Positions 1-9,597 of a DNA stretch of 64,000 nt are shown piece by piece; position 1 is the stretch's first letter; each line of letters begins with the position of its first letter. Source of the stretch: Myxococcota bacterium. Its GTDB lineage: Bacteria; Myxococcota_A; UBA9160; PR03. The notes beneath the pieces are model-generated. The model saw only the letters and a list, made by a program, of their open reading frames with translations, ran no database searches and was not told the origin of the DNA. Location: positions 1 through 64,000 of the forward strand of contig JBFIML010000013.1 in the NCBI GenBank assembly GCA_041611735.1. The letters are read 5' to 3'. The position numbers were made by a program, and so were the translations under genes.

Positions 1-357
1 ACGCTCCGCCGCCTCCCCGAGCCGGGCGAGCAGGGTCTCCGGGCGCGCGCGCAGCCACACGACCGTCCCGGTGCGGGCCAGCCACTCCGGCGTCCCGGGC
101 TGGGCCACGGCGCCGCCCCCCAGCGCGATCACCGCGGGCTTTCCGGCCCAGCGGGCCATGGCCTCCCGCTCCCGCGCGCGGAAGCCGCTTTCGCCCTCGC
201 GCCCGAAGATGCCACGCACCGAATCGCCGGCTTCGCGCTCGACCTCCCCGTCCGTGTCGGCGAAGGGCAGCCCCAGCCGGGCTGCCAACGTGCGGCCCAC
301 TGCCGACTTGCCTGCGCCCATCATGCCCACCAGCCAGAGCGTGCCCGAAAGCTGCAT
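1..357 (-). CDS. aroK: Shikimate kinase (partial, runs off the window start)
   Basis: Manual translation MQLSGTLWLVGMMGAGKSAVGRTLAARLGLPFADTD...GESGFRARE...LGGG shows Walker A and shikimate kinase motifs; usual position downstream of pilQ. Confidence 0.92.
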   Translation of the reverse strand, partial: MQLSGTLWLVGMMGAGKSAVGRTLAARLGLPFADTDGEVEREAGDSVRGIFGREGESGFRAREREAMARWAGKPAVIALGGGAVAQPGTPEWLARTGTVVWLRARPETLLARLGEAAER

Positions 358-373
358 CCGGCCCAGTATAGAA

Positions 374-403
374 GACGGGGGGGAGCCGAAGCTCCCCCCC
401 GTC
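374..403 (-). terminator. Stem-loop, probable intrinsic terminator after pilQ
   Basis: Perfect 13-bp stem GACGGGGGGGAGC/GCTCCCCCCCGTC with UUCG loop on the minus strand, followed by TTCTATA, just after the pilQ stop. Confidence 0.7.
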
Positions 404-427
404 GTCGATCCCACGCCGCGCCGGCGT

Positions 428-3400
428 TCAGCTCGCCAGCTCGGGCCCCACCACCACGCGCGGGGTCACGAAGATCAGCAGCTCCTTGCGGACGTCCCGC
501 AGCGTCTGGTTGCGGAACAGGTAGCCGAACACCGGGATCTGGTGCAGGTAGGGCACCCGGCTCGCGCTCTCCGCCTTGTCCACCACGTAGATGCCGCCGA
601 TCACGAGCGTCTGCCCGTCCTTCACCAGCGTCTCGGTCTTCGCCTGGTTCTTGGCGATGGCCGGCGAGCCGGTGGGCGTCGCCACGCTGTCATCCGGAGC
701 GTTCCGGCTCACCTCGATCTTCATGATGATGCTGCGATCGGCGGTGATGTGCGGGGTCACCTTGAGACTGAGCACCGCGTCGATGAACTCGAGCTGCGCG
801 TCGCCGTTCTCGAAGGTCTGGAACGGAATCGACACACCCTGCTCGATCACTGCCTCGCGGTTGTCCAGGGTCACCACCCGCGGACTCGAGATCACCTTGC
901 CCTCGCCCTTCGCCTCGGCCGCCCGCAGTGAGAGCGAGACGTCGAAGCGGTCGTCGAGGATGAAGGCGCCCAGGTTCAGGATCCCATTGGCCACGGACGA
1001 GATCGGGTTCGAGACCACCACGTTGTTGTCCTGCTCGAACGGGAACTTGTCGTCCTGGACCGTGACCGGGCGGCGCTGCCCGATCACGAAGTCGGAGCCG
1101 AGATCCTCGTCCCGCGGCTGCGACCCGAGACCCCACTCGCTGCCGATCTCGCGCGAGAAGTCGAGGTTCGCCTCCACCACCTTGGCCTCGATCATGACCT
1201 GAGGCGTCTGGGTATCGATGGCCTTCATCAAGGCCGTGGCCTCGTCGATCACCGACGGGATGTCCTTGATGATCACCGTATTGGTGCGCTCGTCCACGTC
1301 CACCGAGCCCCGCGGCGTGAGCAGCCGCTTGACCATGTTGGACACTTCCTTGACGTTCGCGTAGTTGACCGGCTGGAGCTTGACCACGAGGTCCTCGAGC
1401 CGCTCCTTGGAGCGACGCTCCTGCAGCCGTGCCTCCTCCTCCGCCTTGAGCATTTCGGCGGGGGCGATGCGCAGCACGCTGCCCACCCGCACGAAGCCGA
1501 GCCCCTTGGTCAGGAGGATCACGTCGAGCGCCTGATCCCAGGGGACGTCCACCAGGCGGATCGTCACCGTGCCCGTCACTTCGTCGCCGGCGATGACGTT
1601 CAGGTCGGAGACGTCGGCGATCAGCCGCAGCACGTCCTGGATGTCGACGTCCTTGAAGTCCAGCGAGATGCGACGTCCCACGTACTGCTTGCCGTCCAGC
1701 AGCCCGCCCTCCTCGAGGATCTCGGTGGGGTCCGACGGCTCGAGGGCCGCCGGGGCCACCTTGGCGGGCACGGACCTGGCCGCCGACGCCTTCACCTCCG
1801 CCGGGGGCGGCGTCTTGGGCGCCGCCTCCTCCAGCGCGGCGCGCACCGACTTGCTCGCCATCGCCGGGGGCACCTCGGCCACGGCACCCTGGCGCGGGAA
1901 GTCCAGGATCAACATGGCGCCTTCCCGGGTCACGGTCGGCACCAGGCCGGGCGCCCGCTTGACGACCACCCGCACCTCCGGCGTCTTCACGTCGGGCTGG
2001 GCGAAGGCGGTCACCAGCGACACCGGGCCGCCGGGATCCGGCGCAATGCGCACCGCCGCCGCTTCATCGATCTCGGCGCCGCGCAGGCTCACCACCAGGG
2101 TGCCCGGATCCGGCCGCATGAGCTGGTGCTCCACGGGCCGATCCGTCACGACCACGACCCGGTCGCGGCTCTCCTGGGGCTCGTACTGCACGCCGTAGAC
2201 GTGCACCAGGCCGCTCTCCGGCTCCTCGGCGGGGGCCGGCGGGCTGGCCTGGGGCGCGGGCTCCGGCTCGATCTTCGCCTGGGGCTCCGCGGCCGGCGGC
2301 GCCATGGCGGCCGGCACCGGCTCGGCGGCCATCTCGGTCGCCGCGCTCTCCGGCTCCACATCCTCCATGGCCGCCACGGCCTCGGCGGGCTCCTGCATGG
2401 CCAGCACCGCTGCCTCGGGCGCCTTCTCCTCGGCGACGGGGTCCGCCTGCTGGGGCTCCGCGGCCATGAACTCCTGGACGGCCTCCGCCTCGGCCATCTC
2501 GGCCACGACCGGCTCGGGCTCCGCAACGGGCGTCGCCTCGGCCGTTTCGATGGCCTGGGGCTCCGCCCACGTCCCCTGCGACGAGCCACTGGCGGCGGCG
2601 AAGGCCTCGGCCAGGGCCGGGCTCTGGCCCAGCGCGATCACGAATCCGTCTGCCACGGTCGCCGTGCCGCGGCCCGCGAAGGGCTGCTTCGCATCGCCGG
2701 CGTCCACCACCAGGCGCACCTTGTCCGGATGGGCCCCGATGCGGATGCGGCTGACCTGGGCGGTGCCCACGGCCAGGTTCGGCACGTCCATGCCGTTGGC
2801 CAGCCCCGGAAGGTCCACGACCAGGCGCGCCGGCTCGTCCAGGGTGAAGGTCTCCGCCTGGGCGATCGCCCCGTCTGCACGCAGGTGCACCAGGACGCCG
2901 CCATCCACCGGCTCGGTGGAGACGGCCAGCAGCCGGGTGGCCGGGCCCCCGGAGGACGACGTGGGAGCCTCCGAGGCCATCGCCTCGGCCGGAGACGACG
3001 AGGCATCGCCCGTCTCCAGAGAGGCGGACGGAGACCCGGCGGGGCGGACGCGCACCTCGAGGCGGTCGCCGAAGGGCACCACGTCGAAGTCCGCTTCCTG
3101 GGCCAGCGAGATCTCGACCCGCGTGGAGGGCTGATCGTCGGTGGCGAATTCCGCCACGGAGACCTCCTCCACCAGGCCATCGTAGATGGCCAGCGCCTCG
3201 GTCAGCCTTTCGGGACGGACCGCCGTGAGATCCACCACCACCCGCGGCGGTTCCTCGCCGCGGAAGGCGGTGAAGACCGGATCGGTCGGACCCACCAGGG
3301 TGATGATCGTCGTGTCCCCGCTTCGCTCGACGGCGATCTTGGAGACGACGGATACCGGCTCGGGAGCCGGAGGTGTGGACGGCGCGGTCACGCAGGCGTA

Positions 3401-3475
3401 CAGCCCACCCAACCACATGGCGACGAGCGTGAAGCCCGCGACGGCGCCGACTCGAGCGTTACCGGATGCGAACAT
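428..3475 (-). CDS. pilQ: Type IV pilus secretin with N-terminal AMIN-like domains
   Basis: ISLDFKDVDIQDVLRLIA, VPWDQALD, QVMIEAKVVE, KELLIFVTPRV secretin motifs; AMIN-like repeats (PPRVVVDL, PARLVVDL); last gene of pilMNOP. Confidence 0.96.
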   Translation of the reverse strand: MFASGNARVGAVAGFTLVAMWLGGLYACVTAPSTPPAPEPVSVVSKIAVERSGDTTIITLVGPTDPVFTAFRGEEPPRVVVDLTAVRPERLTEALAIYDGLVEEVSVAEFATDDQPSTRVEISLAQEADFDVVPFGDRLEVRVRPAGSPSASLETGDASSSPAEAMASEAPTSSSGGPATRLLAVSTEPVDGGVLVHLRADGAIAQAETFTLDEPARLVVDLPGLANGMDVPNLAVGTAQVSRIRIGAHPDKVRLVVDAGDAKQPFAGRGTATVADGFVIALGQSPALAEAFAAASGSSQGTWAEPQAIETAEATPVAEPEPVVAEMAEAEAVQEFMAAEPQQADPVAEEKAPEAAVLAMQEPAEAVAAMEDVEPESAATEMAAEPVPAAMAPPAAEPQAKIEPEPAPQASPPAPAEEPESGLVHVYGVQYEPQESRDRVVVVTDRPVEHQLMRPDPGTLVVSLRGAEIDEAAAVRIAPDPGGPVSLVTAFAQPDVKTPEVRVVVKRAPGLVPTVTREGAMLILDFPRQGAVAEVPPAMASKSVRAALEEAAPKTPPPAEVKASAARSVPAKVAPAALEPSDPTEILEEGGLLDGKQYVGRRISLDFKDVDIQDVLRLIADVSDLNVIAGDEVTGTVTIRLVDVPWDQALDVILLTKGLGFVRVGSVLRIAPAEMLKAEEEARLQERRSKERLEDLVVKLQPVNYANVKEVSNMVKRLLTPRGSVDVDERTNTVIIKDIPSVIDEATALMKAIDTQTPQVMIEAKVVEANLDFSREIGSEWGLGSQPRDEDLGSDFVIGQRRPVTVQDDKFPFEQDNNVVVSNPISSVANGILNLGAFILDDRFDVSLSLRAAEAKGEGKVISSPRVVTLDNREAVIEQGVSIPFQTFENGDAQLEFIDAVLSLKVTPHITADRSIIMKIEVSRNAPDDSVATPTGSPAIAKNQAKTETLVKDGQTLVIGGIYVVDKAESASRVPYLHQIPVFGYLFRNQTLRDVRKELLIFVTPRVVVGPELAS

Positions 3476-3481
3476 CGAAGC

Positions 3482-4000
3482 TCACCCTCCCTGGCTCTGA
3501 CGAACCCGCATCTCGATTTCCTTGCTGGTCCGATCGCCCAAGTAGTCCTCGTAGATCTCGCGGACCAGGACCTCGTTGTCTCGGATGCGGATGACCCGAC
3601 CGTCGTTCTTACCGATCGGCGTCCCTTCCTGGACCACGTACCCTCGACCCGAGGGATCCGTGACCAGCGCCCGCGGCCGCGGATTCCCCCAGACCACCGC
3701 CACCACGGAAAGCTGGCTCAAGTCGAACTGCTCGAGCGGGCCCCGCTCCACTTCGGACACCTCGCGAGCGTGCTCGAGCACGAAGGAGCGGAAGGGATCG
3801 CGCTTGCCCGTGGAGTCGTAGGTGAAGGCGACCGCGGCCGTCTGGACCTGGGGCGCCGCCTGCGTCTCCTCCGCCACGGCGCTGGCGTCCGGCGGCGGCG
3901 CCTTGCGGGCACCGGTCCGGCCGGAGCTCGCAGCCGGGCCGCGATCGCACGCCACCGCCAGCAACAGCGTTCCCATCAGTGCGAGAGCCAACCCCCTCAC
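3482..4000 (-). CDS. pilP: Type IV pilus lipoprotein PilP
   Basis: Lipobox AVAC; KRDPFRS and PLEQFDLSQL motifs; operon position. Confidence 0.93.
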   Translation of the reverse strand: MRGLALALMGTLLLAVACDRGPAASSGRTGARKAPPPDASAVAEETQAAPQVQTAAVAFTYDSTGKRDPFRSFVLEHAREVSEVERGPLEQFDLSQLSVVAVVWGNPRPRALVTDPSGRGYVVQEGTPIGKNDGRVIRIRDNEVLVREIYEDYLGDRTSKEIEMRVRQSQGG

Positions 4001-4659
4001 GTCCGCCTCCCGCTTCGCTTCGCCCCGGGAGCCGGCCGTCCGGCCGGCTCGCTCGCAGCGTCCGCCTGGGTGCGCCCAAGGAAGCGGAAGGTCGTGGCCT
4101 GACCCTTGACCTCCAGCCGGGTGTCCTCGGCGCCCTCCCCCTTGATCCTCACGTCGAGCCGATCCACGTTCACGATGCGCGAGAGCTTCGCCAGCTTGTC
4201 GAAGAAGGTGGCTATGTCGTGGAAGCGGCCGTTGAACTCGATCTCGATGGGCACCTCGGCGTAGAAGCCCTGGGGTACCTCGTCGCGCGGTCGAAACGCC
4301 TTGAACTCCAGGCCTGCGTCCTTGCCCAGGCTCGAGATGTCGGTGAGCAGCACGGGCAGCTGCTTGCCGTCCGGGAGCTTGCGCACCGCGCGGGTGAGCG
4401 CCCCCTCCAGCTCCGTGAGCTCGTCCTTGAAGCGCTCGAGGTTGGTGGCGACCGCCTTGAGCTCGCTCACCTCGCGCTGGAGCTTCTGCTCGCGCTGCTG
4501 GAGCGATGCGAGCTGCTTCTGGGCGGGGCGGAACAGGAAGTACCCGTAGCCGCCGAGGATCACCACGAGCAGTCCCACCACCACACCGATCCGCTGGGAA
4601 CGCGGCAGGCGCGAGAGCTTCTCGATCTGGCCCTGAACGCTGTCGAGTCGTAGATTCAT
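3997..4659 (-). CDS. pilO: Type IV pilus alignment protein PilO
   Basis: TM helix, coiled coil, FYAEVPIEI..GRFHDIATFFDKLAKLSRIVNV; operon position. Confidence 0.93.
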   Translation of the reverse strand: MNLRLDSVQGQIEKLSRLPRSQRIGVVVGLLVVILGGYGYFLFRPAQKQLASLQQREQKLQREVSELKAVATNLERFKDELTELEGALTRAVRKLPDGKQLPVLLTDISSLGKDAGLEFKAFRPRDEVPQGFYAEVPIEIEFNGRFHDIATFFDKLAKLSRIVNVDRLDVRIKGEGAEDTRLEVKGQATTFRFLGRTQADAASEPAGRPAPGAKRSGRRT

Positions 4660-4669
4660 GCCTCGCCCC

Positions 4670-5263
4670 CTACGAGCTCGTGCCGGCGCCGGCCGCTTCG
4701 CCTTCCTGGGCCTCGTCGAGGCCCGGGATCACGAGTACGGCGCGGATGCGGAAGGTGTTCAGCTTGAGATCGTTCACCTGCTTCAGCTCGGTCCCCTGGA
4801 GCTCCACCTGACGGAAGAAGGGCGAAGCCTCGAGTCGGGTGAGCAGTGCCGCCACCAGCTCGTTGTCCAGGCTCATGCCATCGAGCTCCACGGAGCCGTT
4901 CTGGGTGCGCAGCCCAGTGAGCCAGACGCGCTCCGGAACGTGCGTGGCCAGCTCGTCCATCATGCGCACCGGCCCGGATCGCGAGCGCTCCAGCCGGTCG
5001 ATGGCGGCCAGCTTCTGCTCGATCTCGGTCTTCTTCTGCTTGAACTGCTCGAGCTCCGCCTTCTGCGGCTCGTACTGCTTGAGCTGTGCCTGGAGGCCCT
5101 GGATGCGCCGCTCGGCCGTGTCGATGTCGTGCGAGATGTACGCGTGCACCGCCCAGGCCAGGGCGAGCGCCCCCAGGACGCTGCCGGCCCACACGACCAC
5201 CTGCTGTCGCAGGCCGGCCTTGCGGCGCGCCTCTCGGACGGGAAGAAGGTTGATCCGGATCAT
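4670..5263 (-). CDS. pilN: Type IV pilus alignment protein PilN
   Basis: Starts MIRINLLP (INLLP PilM-binding motif); start overlaps pilM stop; C-terminal part of ORF 4670..6655. Confidence 0.93.
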   Translation of the reverse strand: MIRINLLPVREARRKAGLRQQVVVWAGSVLGALALAWAVHAYISHDIDTAERRIQGLQAQLKQYEPQKAELEQFKQKKTEIEQKLAAIDRLERSRSGPVRMMDELATHVPERVWLTGLRTQNGSVELDGMSLDNELVAALLTRLEASPFFRQVELQGTELKQVNDLKLNTFRIRAVLVIPGLDEAQEGEAAGAGTSS

Positions 5264-6336
5264 GCGTCGTCCATCCTCCGGAGCGCCAGACCGACCCCGA
5301 CCCCCAGCGTCGGAGCCATGTCCTCCAGGAAATCGCCATCGAAGCGCGAGGTGGGCAGCATCCGGCCCAGCGGGTTCAGGTGCTCCACCGCGAGCCCCGT
5401 GCGCTCCGCGAAGGCTTCCATGAGCCCGGACACCTTGGAGCCACCGCCGGCGAACAGCACGCGTTGGATGCGGTTCTCGGCCGAGGTGGCGGAGAAGAAG
5501 TCCAGCGAGCGGGCGATCTCGCCCACGATGCTGTCGGTCACGCTCCGCATGGCCTGCTCGACCTCGTGGGGAACGACCTCCTTGCTCTCGGAACCGCGCG
5601 AATCTCCCAGCTTGATGCGCTCTGCCTCGTCGAAGCCCACGGAGAGGGTGCGCTGGATCTCCGCCGTGTATTGCTGACCACCCGCGGAGACGTCCCGCGT
5701 GAAGACCGGAGTGCCGTCGCTGACCACGTTGATGTTCACGACCTGGGCGCCGATGTTCACGAGCGCCACCACCTCCCCGGGCGATGGGTCGTAGTTGGCC
5801 TCGAACGCGTTCTCCATGGCGAAGGCGGCCACGTCCACCACAGCCGGCGTGAGTCCTGCCTCGCGCAGGACGTTGACGTAGTCGTCGATCAGGTCCTTCT
5901 TGGCGGCCACCAGGAGCACGTCCATCTGGCCGTCCGCGTCGCCGCCCTGGAGGATCTGGAAATCGAGGTTGACCTCGTTCACGTCGAACGGGATGTACTG
6001 CTCCGCCTCCCAGCGGATCGACTCTTCGAGTTCCGTCGGGGTCATGATGGGCAGGCCGATTTTCTTGACGATCACCGAGTGGCCCGACACCGCGGCGGCC
6101 ACCCGCTTGGTGCGGATGCCCGCGTTCGAGATCGCCTCCCGGATCGCCTCCACGATGGCACCCGAGTTCAGGAAGGCGCCCTCCACGATGGCCTCCGGGG
6201 CGAGGCGGGCCACGCCGAGGTGCACGAGCTCGAAGCCGTTGCCGCGCCGGGCCAGCTCGACGGCCTTCACGCTGGAGGCGCCGATGTCGAGCCCGACGAT
6301 CGACTTCGAGCGAAGACTCGCGAAGGGAAGCTGCAC
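5260..6336 (-). CDS. pilM: Type IV pilus actin-like protein PilM
   Basis: VGLDIGASSVKAVEL, EAEQYIPF, AGGGSK, GLALR motifs. Confidence 0.95.
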   Translation of the reverse strand: MQLPFASLRSKSIVGLDIGASSVKAVELARRGNGFELVHLGVARLAPEAIVEGAFLNSGAIVEAIREAISNAGIRTKRVAAAVSGHSVIVKKIGLPIMTPTELEESIRWEAEQYIPFDVNEVNLDFQILQGGDADGQMDVLLVAAKKDLIDDYVNVLREAGLTPAVVDVAAFAMENAFEANYDPSPGEVVALVNIGAQVVNINVVSDGTPVFTRDVSAGGQQYTAEIQRTLSVGFDEAERIKLGDSRGSESKEVVPHEVEQAMRSVTDSIVGEIARSLDFFSATSAENRIQRVLFAGGGSKVSGLMEAFAERTGLAVEHLNPLGRMLPTSRFDGDFLEDMAPTLGVGVGLALRRMDDA

Positions 6337-6366
6337 GGGTTCGCCTTTCTCCTGGTGGGCGGAGCG

Positions 6367-6609
6367 TCACTCGCTCGCGCCGACTCCCAAGGATGCCTGG
6401 TTCGACTCGGCCTCCGCCCCGAAGACCTTGTCCTTGTCCGAGATCCTGAGCCCGAGGGCCAGCAAGACCTTGCGCTTCGTATCCAGTCGGCAGGGGCGTC
6501 CTGCCTCCAGCCGGTCGATGGTCAGCGTGGACAACCCCGCCTTGCGCGCGAGCTCGGCCTTGCTCATGAGGAGCGCCTCGCGGTAGCGCTGGACGTTGTT
6601 GCGCGGCAC
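6367..6609 (-). CDS. Small XRE-family helix-turn-helix regulator
   Basis: MSKAELARKAGLSTLTIDRLEAG HTH pattern; first gene of the pilM operon. Confidence 0.8.
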   Translation of the reverse strand: MPRNNVQRYREALLMSKAELARKAGLSTLTIDRLEAGRPCRLDTKRKVLLALGLRISDKDKVFGAEAESNQASLGVGASE

Positions 6610-6664
6610 GCGCCCTCCCCCGCGCCGTGGGCCTCGGACGGACCTCGCGGCTCAATCGACGGGA

Positions 6665-6692
6665 CTATCGGCCTGCCCTGCCGGCGACTTGA
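6665..6692 (-). promoter_or_regulatory. Sigma28-like promoter for HTH-pilMNOPQ
   Basis: Minus strand TCAAG-N15-GCCGATAG. Confidence 0.7.
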
Positions 6693-6772
6693 GGCGCCCG
6701 GGGCCCCCTCCGGTGTCGCAGATCACAGCTTGCCGGCAGGCGGGCGGCCGGCAGGCCGCCCCCGCTGTGGAC

Positions 6773-6800
6773 TCACGCCCCCGCCCTCGCCGGCCGATGA
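6773..6800 (+). promoter_or_regulatory. Sigma28-like promoter for the sigma54 activator at 6818
   Basis: TCACG-N15-GCCGATGA ending 17 bp before the TTG start. Confidence 0.55.
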
Positions 6801-6817
6801 GGGGCCGGGGGTTCCCT

Positions 6818-8179
<1,362 letters not shown>

Positions 8180-8200
8180 GGCGCCCCGCGGCCTGCGGGG

Positions 8201-9181
8201 TCAGCGCGGCGCGACCTGCGCGGGCGGCGTCCCGCCGGCCTCCTGCACCAGCTCCTGCACGTTCAGCTCGAAGCGCTGCTGCGCCTCTCCGCCGTGGGGG
8301 TCCTGCACGGCCACCGTGACCTCGTGGCGGCCGGCCTGGGACGCCGTGGGACGCCAGCTGACCTCGCCGAGCACGGAGTCCAGCTCCATGCCCTGGGGTC
8401 CCGCCACCAGGCGGTAGCGCAGGCGACGGTCGCCATCCGGGTCGCTGGCCTCGATGCGGTAGCGGAAGACCCCGTCGGACGCGACGCCCCCGGGCTGCGA
8501 CGCGATGCGGGGCGGGCGGTTGGCCACCCGGACCGGGGCGCTCTCCAGGCCCGGGCTCTCGTCCTCGCCGTCGTCGGCCACCACCCGGACCCGCACCTCG
8601 TCGCCGCGCTGGAGGCCCGCGGTCGAGAAGGTGGCCCTCCCGGCGTCCACGCGGCGACCGTTCACGGTCCACACGTAGCGGTAGCGCAGCGGGTCTCCGT
8701 CCGGATCCTCCGCGTCGGGGACGACCAGCACCGAGCTGCCCGGCGTCACCTCCGTGGCGGGCTCCAGGGAGACGGCCCGCAGCTGGGGAGCCCGATTGCC
8801 CACCTGCACCGTGGCGCGCACCGGCTCGCTCTCGGCGCGTTCGTCCGCAGCGGTGACGACCACTTCGATGAGCGTGCCTCGCGGCAGCGCCGGCACCTGG
8901 AGCTCGGGCCCGTCGTCCGCCAGGCGACGACCGCCCACCTCCCAGCGATAGCCGATGCGGACCGGATCCCCGTCCGGATCGCTGGCCTGGAGCACCACGC
9001 GCACGCGCTCGCCGGGCAGCGGCCGGTAGGGCTCCAGGCGCACGCCCCGCAGCTCGGGGGGGGCGTTGGGTGGCCCGAGCGGGGCGGCTGCCTGCTCCCG
9101 CCCGGCGTCCCTCGTCTGCGAGGCCGGCCCGCAAGCGAGGCTTGCGGCCAGGGCCACCGCCAGCCAGAGCCACAGCCGCAC
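8201..9181 (-). CDS. Ig/cadherin-like repeat lipoprotein (cassette B)
   Basis: GTG start with GGAGG RBS, lipobox SLAC, three repeats with DPDGD, C-terminal putative Ig domain; paralog of 14758..15759. Confidence 0.8.
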   Translation of the reverse strand: MRLWLWLAVALAASLACGPASQTRDAGREQAAAPLGPPNAPPELRGVRLEPYRPLPGERVRVVLQASDPDGDPVRIGYRWEVGGRRLADDGPELQVPALPRGTLIEVVVTAADERAESEPVRATVQVGNRAPQLRAVSLEPATEVTPGSSVLVVPDAEDPDGDPLRYRYVWTVNGRRVDAGRATFSTAGLQRGDEVRVRVVADDGEDESPGLESAPVRVANRPPRIASQPGGVASDGVFRYRIEASDPDGDRRLRYRLVAGPQGMELDSVLGEVSWRPTASQAGRHEVTVAVQDPHGGEAQQRFELNVQELVQEAGGTPPAQVAPR

Positions 9182-9225
9182 CCCTCCCGTGGGCGGGCGC
9201 CGGCGCACCGCCTCCCCGGCTCCGC

Positions 9226-9588
9226 TCAACGGGGCAGGCTCCGGAGCACCCGCAGCCGCTCGAGCACGAGCTGGCCCCCCACGTTCACGGCCTCGAACCA
9301 GACGCCGTCCACCTCGCGGGGATCCAGGATCGCCTGGTCCGCTCCGGCGGCGCGGAGGTCTTCCAGCGTGACGAAACCGCCGTCGATGCCCTCCAGGGCG
9401 GTCTGCTCCGTCACCCGATAGGTCGTGCCGTTCACCACGAGGGTCCGGGCTTCCAGGTCCTTGGTCTGCACCAGTCCGGCCCCGCGCAGGGGCGTGTCCT
9501 GGGCTCCGGCGGCTCCGCCCAGGACCAGCGCGGCGGCGAGCCCCAGGGTCACCAGCCAGGATCGGGATCTCGTTGCCATGCTCGTCAC
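9226..9588 (-). CDS. Small secreted beta-rich protein (DUF5666-like; cassette B)
   Basis: Signal peptide; GAGLVQTKDLEARTLVV...YRVTEQT...LERLR; paralog of 15779..16102. Confidence 0.75.
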   Translation of the reverse strand: MTSMATRSRSWLVTLGLAAALVLGGAAGAQDTPLRGAGLVQTKDLEARTLVVNGTTYRVTEQTALEGIDGGFVTLEDLRAAGADQAILDPREVDGVWFEAVNVGGQLVLERLRVLRSLPR

Positions 9589-9597
9589 CTCCGCTTC

